A DNA stretch of 64,000 nt. It comes from a virus (taxonomy: Duplodnaviria; Caudoviricetes). Both the position numbers and the translations under genes were made by a program. Below, one piece after another: positions 17,001 to 24,427 of this stretch. The notes beneath the pieces are model-generated. The model did not search any database, was not told the origin of the DNA, and was given only the letters and a program-made list of their open reading frames with translations. The first letter of the stretch is position 1. Each line of letters begins with the position of its first letter. Where the stretch lies: IMG/VR virus record IMGVR_UViG_2700988868_000001, positions 1-64,000 of that record; one strand, given 5' to 3'.

Positions 17001-17495
17001 ATGATCATCAACGGCCATGCATTGCTCGAAGCAATGCCCATTCGTGATATGGAATCCACCAAGGTGAGCCGTGGCGGCGTCACCTTTGGTTTGGGTGAAG
17101 CAGGATACGACATCCGCATCAAGCAGGGTGTCGTGTTCCATCCGAACCAAGGTGGACACATTCAACATGCCGATGGTTCTCGTGATCACTTCACGGGACG
17201 CTTCACCATCGCATCGGCTGTGGAAGAATTCCGCATGCCGAGCAACCTGACCGGTATCGTTCATGACAAGTCCACTTGGGCACGTCGTGGACTGTCCGTC
17301 TTCAACACCGTCATCGAGCCGGGTTGGGATGGGTTTCTCACCCTGGAGTTGGTCTACCATGGTTCCACTGGCTTGTTCATCCCTCCGGGTGTGGGCATTG
17401 CTCAAGTGGTGTTCCATCAGACCGCTCGTGATGCCGTCTACAACGGACGATATCAGAACCAAGAAGACAAGCCGGTAGCCGCAAAGGATGCCTAA
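17001..17495 (+). CDS. dcd: dCTP deaminase / dUTPase family
   Basis: GYDIR, DKSTWARRGL, IEPGW.G.LTLEL, Y.GRYQNQ. Confidence 0.9.
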   Translation: MIINGHALLEAMPIRDMESTKVSRGGVTFGLGEAGYDIRIKQGVVFHPNQGGHIQHADGSRDHFTGRFTIASAVEEFRMPSNLTGIVHDKSTWARRGLSVFNTVIEPGWDGFLTLELVYHGSTGLFIPPGVGIAQVVFHQTARDAVYNGRYQNQEDKPVAAKDA

Positions 17496-17734
17496 TGAAG
17501 ACACCATGCGAGGTTTGCGGTGAAGCTAACGTGTGGCCACTCTTTGATTGGCAATACAGTTACGTCTGCAAAACTTGTGTGGAGTTGGGCGACGATGTGG
17601 GGTACGACGCAGAGGCCGAATGCTATCGGCTTGTGAGTCGGTGTCCTGGTTGTGGAGAAGCCGGTACGGTGAACTATGGTAGGGAAACCGACATGGCTTA
17701 CTACTGTGGTGGCTCTCCGAGATGTTGCCCGTGA
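17495..17734 (+). CDS. Small Cys-rich (zinc-finger) protein
   Basis: Three CxxC pairs plus C-terminal CGGSPRCCP. Confidence 0.65.
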   Translation: MKTPCEVCGEANVWPLFDWQYSYVCKTCVELGDDVGYDAEAECYRLVSRCPGCGEAGTVNYGRETDMAYYCGGSPRCCP

Positions 17735-18280
17735 GTCAAAGTTAGGCTATTGTGAAGTCTTTCGTGGGGGTGAGAGTCCCCTGAAGGAGAAATGGCATGT
17801 TCTTCGGTTTGTTCAAGTTGTTCAGAGCATATGTGTTCGACCTGGTTCCGATCTCGTCGTATTACATTCCCACCGAATCGCAGTGTGTTGAGCATGCCGC
17901 CAGCCTGAAGTCCTCCAACAAGGTCAGACGACCCGAACAGGACGACTACGGTTAGGTACGATCTCATTGAGATGAAAACACACATGCGCCGAGAAGCCCA
18001 GGGCAAACCCCTGGGCTTCGTGCTTTCCAGACTCTTGAGTCTGCATTCTCTCCAACCTTAGTTACTGTGGGCGCTTCTTGCGTGACCGCATGACGATGTA
18101 GTTGGAACCAGAGAGGGCAGATCAAAGGGTACTGATCGTCGTAGCTGACGTAGGTGCACTGGATGGGTTCGATTCCCGGCGTTGTCCCTGGTGGGCAAAG
18201 TAAAGTGCTGACGTGTTGCACGTCGCTATTATCCACGAGAGTGGCACTGACAGTATTGCTTCGGGAACGTGAAAGGGACG

Positions 18281-18366
18281 GTCTTCTAAATCAGTGGATG
18301 TTCGCATCGACTGTTGGGTGTTCAAGTCACCCCGCTTCGGCGTAGGCAAATTGGAAAAGCCAAGAC
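18281..18366 (+). ncRNA. Circularly permuted tRNA-like domain (T-arm, loop-closed acceptor, D-arm)
   Basis: GTCTT..[CAGT-GGATG-TTCG-CATC-GACTG]-TT-[GGGTG-TTCAAGT-CACCC]-[CGC-TTCG-GCG]-TA-[GGC-AAATTGGAAAA-GCC]-AAGAC. Confidence 0.55.
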
Positions 18367-18604
18367 AAGAGCAAGTAGCGTGAAGGATTTTGGGCGTTTA
18401 TATGAAACGTCCCCCACACAGAGATGTGTGGTCTGCGCACTAGAGCATTAGCGATGGAAGGATGACCGATGTCCATTCGCATGGTCCAGGTCTAGTGTGC
18501 AGTCCACACGTCTCATGACGTGTATTCAGAGGGTAATTCCTCTGGTCTACAGACCCCCCAGATCCCTCCGGTGATGAGCCACCGGAGGCGTATGGGAGTC
18601 ACAA

Positions 18605-18694
18605 TCCCCAAGGTAGCTCAGTTGGTAGAGTAGTCCGGAATCACCCTGTGTTCTCCGGAAAGGTCGGTGGTTCGAGTCCACCCCGAGGGGGCCA
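18605..18694 (+). ncRNA. Aberrant tRNA-like RNA (enlarged anticodon arm, CCA end)
   Basis: Canonical D arm TAGCTCAGTTGGTAGAG, T arm GGTGG-TTCGAGT-CCACC and 3' CCA; 14-nt anticodon loop; mismatched acceptor stem. Confidence 0.7.
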
Positions 18695-18755
18695 AACAAG
18701 TTCTGATCCAGTGTAGGCATACACTGGGTCGTCAGTGCTGTACGCGACAGCTCTG

Positions 18756-18853
18756 GGGCGTAGTGGTGGAATTGGTAAACACAGAGTCCTTCTCCGGACT
18801 CCGAGCGTAGCCGCGAGGTGCTCTTGCAGGTTCGACTCCTGCCTACAATGCCC
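18756..18853 (+). ncRNA. Aberrant class II (Leu-like) tRNA-like RNA
   Basis: D arm GTGGAATTGGTAAACAC, long variable arm, T arm GCAGG-TTCGACT-CCTGC; non-7-nt anticodon loop; bulged acceptor; no CCA. Confidence 0.65.
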
Positions 18854-19071
18854 GAATTGATTGGGAAACAGGTCAGATAGCGACTCATAAGCGCGACTCT
18901 TATAAAACCCTGCCAATCATCAGATAGCAGGATTGGCACTGGGTACTTTGCCCCTGAAATCCTAGGCACAGGCTGCAAAAAGCTACAGCCCAGTCTTGCT
19001 TTCTGATGGTTGAGCCTGAACTCAGATGCGGGTGGCCTCCGTCGTCACTGGGTTAGACCATCTTCACCAAC

Positions 19072-19110
19072 AAAACCAGACAGCGTAAAGCTGCTCTGGT
19101 TTTTCTTTTT
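19072..19110 (+). terminator. Intrinsic terminator closing the ncRNA cassette
   Basis: AAAACCAGA-CAGC-GTAAA-GCTG-C-TCTGGTTTTTCTTTTT. Confidence 0.8.
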
Positions 19111-19123
19111 ACTACTCAACATC

Positions 19124-19447
19124 ATGATCCAAAAACACAACAAAGAGTCTCTGAAGCAGACCCTCCAAGAACACGCTGAAGTAGTTGTACGCTTCACGGC
19201 TGAATGGTGCGGTCCTTGCAAAGCGTTCGCCCCTGCCTTCAACGAAGTGGCGACGGACGCCAACAACAACGGCATCACGTTCCTCGTGATCGATGCTGAC
19301 GCCAATCCCGATATCACCGCTGAATACGGTGTGCGTGGTCTGCCGTCGGTACTGTTCTTCATCCATGGTCAAGTCGTTGGCCGTGTGGCCGGTGCCATGA
19401 CTGCGGAGAAATTCCGCGAAGTGGTGTCGAAGCAGTTCAACCGCTAA
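19124..19447 (+). CDS. Thioredoxin
   Basis: F.AEWCGPCK active site; YGVRGLP. Confidence 0.92.
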   Translation: MIQKHNKESLKQTLQEHAEVVVRFTAEWCGPCKAFAPAFNEVATDANNNGITFLVIDADANPDITAEYGVRGLPSVLFFIHGQVVGRVAGAMTAEKFREVVSKQFNR

Positions 19448-19457
19448 GGAGCCATTC

Positions 19458-20036
19458 ATGGCCATTGATATTCGTGAGTATGAAGCACGCATTCTGGCCA
19501 TGGATGCTGCCGAAAAGCGTGATAGCACCAGTATGACTGCGTTGCAGACAAGTCTGTTTGACAAGATGCTGAACCAACAGATGAAGGACGCTCTCGTCCA
19601 TGGGATGGGCCTGAATAACGTCAGCCTGAACGATCTGACACAGGCAACTGGTGTGTATTCCATCAACGTGCCGGACAATCCATTCAGTAAAGCACAAGAT
19701 CGTGCCTTCATGTCCAACGTAGCAGTAGACATCATCGACGCTATTGAGTCTATGTGGCGAGAGGATATCGTTCAACTCCGTGACCAGCTGGAAAATGAAA
19801 GACGTCGCAAGGAAATGTATGACCGGCTTGAGATGGAAAACGAGATCAAGCGAAAGTTCTACGAGGCAGAATCACGCCGACTAGATTCGCTGATGGTTGA
19901 ACAACAGATCATCGGTAAGCAATTCCCCACTGTCATCTTTGACGACTATCGAAAGGAAGTCGAAGAGATCTGCAAACCCGAACCACCGAAGAAGAAAGGC
20001 TTCCCTTGGTTCTTCGGCAACAAAAGGAGATGGTAA
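19458..20036 (+). CDS. Hypothetical protein
   Basis: AAGGAG RBS; coiled-coil character. Confidence 0.75.
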   Translation: MAIDIREYEARILAMDAAEKRDSTSMTALQTSLFDKMLNQQMKDALVHGMGLNNVSLNDLTQATGVYSINVPDNPFSKAQDRAFMSNVAVDIIDAIESMWREDIVQLRDQLENERRRKEMYDRLEMENEIKRKFYEAESRRLDSLMVEQQIIGKQFPTVIFDDYRKEVEEICKPEPPKKKGFPWFFGNKRRW

Positions 20037-20224
20037 TGCGTCATCGTTTTCTTATGGCTCCGCCTTCGAGCGTTGCCGCGTCCAAGACCCTGGACAGTGT
20101 TCGTGATCTGGCTCGTGAATTCGGCTGGAAGATGGACATGCCTGTCCGTGACTTCCTGCGTCAGCGATTGGAGCAAGCAAAGATCGCAGATCGCTGGGAA
20201 GAAGATTCCCTCAAGGGGCAGTAA
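20036..20224 (+). CDS. Hypothetical protein
   Basis: AAGGAG RBS, TAATG coupling. Confidence 0.6.
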   Translation: MRHRFLMAPPSSVAASKTLDSVRDLAREFGWKMDMPVRDFLRQRLEQAKIADRWEEDSLKGQ

Positions 20225-20439
20225 TGACCCGACGGCAAGACCCCTGGAGTGGGAACCATGACCATGATTTCCACTCCGCTCACCCCACTCGCCTTCAAGA
20301 GTTGCGTGAGAGGACCAACAACCAAATCCCATTCAACTGGGCTACCCGGAAGTGTGCACACTGCAAACGCTCCCGGAGTCTGACGCAGTATAAAGGCGAC
20401 AGCACGACGTGTAAGCGTTGCCCACCACAGGAGAAGTAA
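20224..20439 (+). CDS. Small zinc-finger protein
   Basis: CAHC...CKRC; TAATG coupling at both ends. Confidence 0.6.
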   Translation: MTRRQDPWSGNHDHDFHSAHPTRLQELRERTNNQIPFNWATRKCAHCKRSRSLTQYKGDSTTCKRCPPQEK

Positions 20440-20909
20440 TGCGTACTCCTTTCTTCCGCCCCCGGCCCAAGAAGCCGGTTCGACTACCTATCATGTTCCG
20501 AGGTTCCACTGATATGGAAAACGAACTCAAGATCGTGCCATTCGTGTACCTGGACAACATCTCCCGTGGCACTGGCGACGTTGAGATGTTTCTCACTCTG
20601 GTGTTCCGTGTTCTATCCGGACTGAAGATGTGTGAGTACTTCCCCGATCAATCCAAGCAGCTGGCTCGTGTAGTTCTCCCGAGCTTGGCTGCGTTGTGGT
20701 CGGTGGGAAACCGCATCATCAAGAAGCACAAGGTTGGTTTCTCTGGTGACGAGTACAAAGCCATACAGGCCGGTCTGGTTCAGATCGACAACATGCATGG
20801 TCACGTCACCAGGAAAGAGCACAGGGACATCATCTCCGACGTAGGCATGAAAGTCGGTGGCATGTCTCTGACCATGCAATCACTGGAACCCTACAAGGAC
20901 CACGTATGA
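20439..20909 (+). CDS. Hypothetical protein
   Basis: AGGAG RBS, coupled start. Confidence 0.7.
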   Translation: MRTPFFRPRPKKPVRLPIMFRGSTDMENELKIVPFVYLDNISRGTGDVEMFLTLVFRVLSGLKMCEYFPDQSKQLARVVLPSLAALWSVGNRIIKKHKVGFSGDEYKAIQAGLVQIDNMHGHVTRKEHRDIISDVGMKVGGMSLTMQSLEPYKDHV

Positions 20910-21817
20910 GCCAGATCAAGGCAACCGTTATCGCGGATAGCATCAGCCCCCAAGGCATCCGCTTGACCACTTTCGAGTTGGTCTATCACCGCTTTATCCA
21001 CTCGGAGTTCATGACTCACCGCATGATCTCCAAGAACTCGGCCAGCAGCCGTGCCATTCCCACCCAGAAGCTGTTGGATCAGGTCCGCAATGACCCGATG
21101 ATTCCGGTGCACTGGGGTCTGAACCAAAAGGGAATGCAGGCAGATCACGAAGTCAGCGAGGAAGCTCGCCAGGACGCGATTGATCGCTGGCGTTGGGCAG
21201 CAGGCCAAGCGGCAGATGCTGCGGAAGGCATGATGGCTATCGGCATCCACAAGCAGGTCGCCAATCGTCCGCTGGAACCGTACATCGCCATGCGTGTCAT
21301 CGCTACCGGCACCGAGTGGAACAACCTGTTCCATCTGCGTCTGCACAAGGACGCACAGCCTGAATTCCGTGAACTAGCTCAGGCGATGCGTATCGCCCGT
21401 GAAGCGGCTACGCCCACCTTGCTGTATCCCGGCATGTGGCACCTGCCGTACATCACGCCGAAGGACACGGTGGCTGTGCACAACTATCTGAAGCACGGGC
21501 GTATCACTCGCAACGAGCCGACGTCCGAAGAAGTGCTGGCAGTACTGCGCAGAATCAGCGTGGCCCGTTGTGCACGCGTCAGCTACAACAACCAGGAAGG
21601 CAAGCCCAGCGTTATCACTGAAGACCTGTTGCTCTACGAGCGTCTGGTTGGAAGTGTGCCGCTGCATGCCAGCCCGACGGAACACCAGGCTACGCCGGAC
21701 AAACTCATTGAGTTGGACAACGGCGATATGGACTGGATGTCGTCGGAGAAGCACGGCAACCTCAACGGTTGGATTCAGTATCGCAAGACCCTGATCGGCG
21801 AGAACGTTCCCGGCTAA
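20906..21817 (+). CDS. thyX: FAD-dependent thymidylate synthase (N4 gp30-like)
   Basis: RFIHSEFMTHR..SKNSASSRAIP, HKQVANR.LEP, AQPEF, ARCARVSY, HASPTEHQA. Confidence 0.88.
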   Translation: MSQIKATVIADSISPQGIRLTTFELVYHRFIHSEFMTHRMISKNSASSRAIPTQKLLDQVRNDPMIPVHWGLNQKGMQADHEVSEEARQDAIDRWRWAAGQAADAAEGMMAIGIHKQVANRPLEPYIAMRVIATGTEWNNLFHLRLHKDAQPEFRELAQAMRIAREAATPTLLYPGMWHLPYITPKDTVAVHNYLKHGRITRNEPTSEEVLAVLRRISVARCARVSYNNQEGKPSVITEDLLLYERLVGSVPLHASPTEHQATPDKLIELDNGDMDWMSSEKHGNLNGWIQYRKTLIGENVPG

Positions 21818-21831
21818 ATCGGGTTGTTTGG

Positions 21832-21860
21832 GGGAGGCATCCGCCTCCCTCTTTTCTATT
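21832..21860 (+). terminator. Intrinsic terminator
   Basis: GGGAGGC-ATCC-GCCTCCC plus T-rich tail. Confidence 0.7.
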
Positions 21861-21880
21861 TCTCACCCATGGAGATTTAA

Positions 21881-24418
21881 ATGATCGTTACTCATGAAGA
21901 TACCAACATCACCCACGTCGCCATGGGTGGCCTGGAAGCCATCGAGTGCGGCATCACTGGTGATGCTCACTTCATGCACATGTTGTCTGCGTCCTTGTAC
22001 AAGGACCAGAAGCTGGCGATGGTTCGTGAAGTGGCCTGCAATGCCTGGGACGCTCACATCATGGTCAGCAAGACTGACCCCATCGAGATCACTCTCGACA
22101 ACGAAGAACTGATCATCAAGGATTTCGGTCCTGGCATTCCTCACGACAAGATCGGCCCAATCTACGGCGTCTATGGAGCCAGTACCAAGAAGAACGACGG
22201 CAAACAAACTGGTGGCTTCGGCCTCGGTTGTAAGTCGCCCTGGTCCTACACGGACACGTTCGAGGTCATCTCGTGCAATGATGGCAAGAAGTCCATCTAC
22301 CAGATGACCAAGTCGGCCTCTGAACTGGGTGGCAAGCCCAGCATCAAGCCCATCGTTGTGGGCATCCCCACGACGGAAACCGGTATCACCGTCAAGATTC
22401 GTCTGAAGTCGCCTCACGACTCCGGCGAGATCATGAGCAAGCTGAAGGAAGTGCTGTATTACGGCGGCATCCCCTGCATGCTCAACGGCAAGATGGCTCC
22501 GTCCATCGACTACGACTCCATGAAGAACAAGTGGATCGTTGCCAACCATCTGGAATCGAACCACAACAAGTCCATGTTGCAGGTTCGTTATGGCAATGTG
22601 GTCTATCCGATCACGGCCCATCCGGCGTATGAAGAACAGCTGCGGCCTATCTTCAAGTTCATGAAGACGCTGCCGGAAAACACCCTCAAGTACGTGATGG
22701 TGTTCCAGGCTGATCCCGACACGTTGGCCCCGACTCCGAGCCGGGAAGAACTGTCGATGATTGACATGACCGTCGAAACTCTCAAGGGACTGCTGCAATC
22801 GTTCGTCTCCGAACTGAAGCAGGACGGCGAGAAGCTGACGGTTGAACGTGCACTGCATCGCATTCGTGCGGCAGGTACTGCCAACGTGAACAGCATCACC
22901 TCTCTGGAGATGTCTGTGCCAAAGCGACTGGGTGATCCTCTGTTCCACAACAGCGGGTATTACTCGTCTAAGCTTCATCGCCCTATCACCGAATTGGGCG
23001 ACTTGGCTGACCTGTCGCTGGATACGACGTATCCCGGCACGTACATGCCCGGCTTCCGCAAGATGGACATGACGACTCGCTTCGAGATCATCAAGGCCAA
23101 GCTGAAGGACATCTGGAACCAACGGCTGATGAAGTCCTGGGAGAAGGCGTTCTATTCGTCCTTCTCCGGCGAAAGCAAGCAGCAGAAGCAGTGGCTCACT
23201 CGTGAGATCACTGGCTGGATGGTCGGCAAGATGTTGAACCATACCAAGGAAATGAAGGCTGAAAACCTGCACATCCTGGGTCAAGGCACTCGCATCAGCT
23301 ACTACGGCTCCAACCGTGGTATACGCGAACTGGCCCATGAAGTGGTCAGCATCAACGCATTCCATCCCACCACGTTCTTCCACATGCTCCCGTTCCTGAC
23401 GGGGCGGGTGATCTTGACGTACAGCCGGACCACAATCTCGGCCCGTATGTGGAACCACAAGGACTATGCGCAGTCTAGCCGTGGCGTCGGTAGCTTGATC
23501 TACGTGGTTCCCCGCTCTGCTCGCATGGTGGATGAGGCCACAGCATTCTTCACCAAGTATGGCTTCACTGTCATTGACATGCTGGAGATTCATGATTGGG
23601 AGAACGAATGCTTCAAGCCGAAGAAGCGTGTGCCTGCTGACCCGGCAAAGCCCAAGGTCAAAAAGGTAAAGAAGACAGGCTACCTGTGCTTCGGTGCCTC
23701 CATGCTTAACGGCAACTTCAATCCATATGAGCATGCCCGGGACAATCCTGAAGCTGCTCGTATTGAGAAGCCGGAGTATTACCTCCGGCTGAAGCCGAAG
23801 GATCGACATGGCTACGACTTCTCAGTCGGACGCTTTGACCGTGCAGCTTCGTCCCTGATCTGCCAACTGTATGGGCATCTCGGTGCCATCATCCAGAAGG
23901 ACGCTCAAGAAGAAGAGATGATCAAGCAAGGCATCCCTGAAGTGGATGTGTGGGTGTTGGACCGAATCTTCAAGGAGATGAAGACCAACAAGCGCATCCG
24001 TGAGTTGGTGTCGTACAAGTTCAGCAAGCTTGATCTTGGTTCGCTTTCTGTCATGTCATTCCTCCGGAATGATGATGAACTGGCGAACACGTATGGCTTG
24101 GTCTACGACACGCACATCCGTGACGAAAAGGTGCACAACCTGTATAAGCATCTGGCTCGTCACTTCACCGACAAATGGGGCGTGTTCCGTCACATTCCGG
24201 GCAACACTGATCGTGTCGAGCAATGGGGTAAGTTGTCCCAGGTGCTGGATGCAGTCGAGCCTGCCCCCCATCTCGTTTCATTGGCTCAGAAACTGGATGG
24301 AAACCTTGCAGTTGAGCTGTTCAATACGGATGCCGCAAGCAACCTGTTGAACGCAAAGGACACACCTCCGGAAGTCAAGGACAAGGTGCGTCAAACCCTC
24401 ATCAACGCCATTGGCTAA
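21881..24418 (+). CDS. rIIA: rIIA-like protein (GHKL ATPase N-terminus)
   Basis: LY......VRE..CNAWDAH, IKDFGPGI, YGASTK, GGFGLGCKSP. Confidence 0.9.
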   Translation: MIVTHEDTNITHVAMGGLEAIECGITGDAHFMHMLSASLYKDQKLAMVREVACNAWDAHIMVSKTDPIEITLDNEELIIKDFGPGIPHDKIGPIYGVYGASTKKNDGKQTGGFGLGCKSPWSYTDTFEVISCNDGKKSIYQMTKSASELGGKPSIKPIVVGIPTTETGITVKIRLKSPHDSGEIMSKLKEVLYYGGIPCMLNGKMAPSIDYDSMKNKWIVANHLESNHNKSMLQVRYGNVVYPITAHPAYEEQLRPIFKFMKTLPENTLKYVMVFQADPDTLAPTPSREELSMIDMTVETLKGLLQSFVSELKQDGEKLTVERALHRIRAAGTANVNSITSLEMSVPKRLGDPLFHNSGYYSSKLHRPITELGDLADLSLDTTYPGTYMPGFRKMDMTTRFEIIKAKLKDIWNQRLMKSWEKAFYSSFSGESKQQKQWLTREITGWMVGKMLNHTKEMKAENLHILGQGTRISYYGSNRGIRELAHEVVSINAFHPTTFFHMLPFLTGRVILTYSRTTISARMWNHKDYAQSSRGVGSLIYVVPRSARMVDEATAFFTKYGFTVIDMLEIHDWENECFKPKKRVPADPAKPKVKKVKKTGYLCFGASMLNGNFNPYEHARDNPEAARIEKPEYYLRLKPKDRHGYDFSVGRFDRAASSLICQLYGHLGAIIQKDAQEEEMIKQGIPEVDVWVLDRIFKEMKTNKRIRELVSYKFSKLDLGSLSVMSFLRNDDELANTYGLVYDTHIRDEKVHNLYKHLARHFTDKWGVFRHIPGNTDRVEQWGKLSQVLDAVEPAPHLVSLAQKLDGNLAVELFNTDAASNLLNAKDTPPEVKDKVRQTLINAIG

Positions 24419-24427
24419 GGAAATACC

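Larger units (their letters stand above)
17735..19110 (+). ncRNA. Putative large structured non-coding RNA cassette with tRNA-like modules
   Basis: No credible ORF over ~1.38 kb; near-continuous hairpins; five T-loop-like arms; ends in a terminator. Confidence 0.65.

Noticed and set aside
18421-18514. Retron msd or DGR interpretation of the long hairpins
   Set aside because: No reverse transcriptase and no template/variable repeat pair in the window
18605-18853. Calling the two cloverleaves functional tRNAs with an assigned anticodon
   Set aside because: Neither has a 7-nt anticodon loop or a regular 7-bp acceptor stem
17676-18978. Short ORFs (60-143 aa) within the non-coding cassette
   Set aside because: Atypical codon usage, mostly antisense, no motifs, and overlapping strong RNA structures. 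A very small ORF after AAGGAG at ~17792 cannot be excluded.
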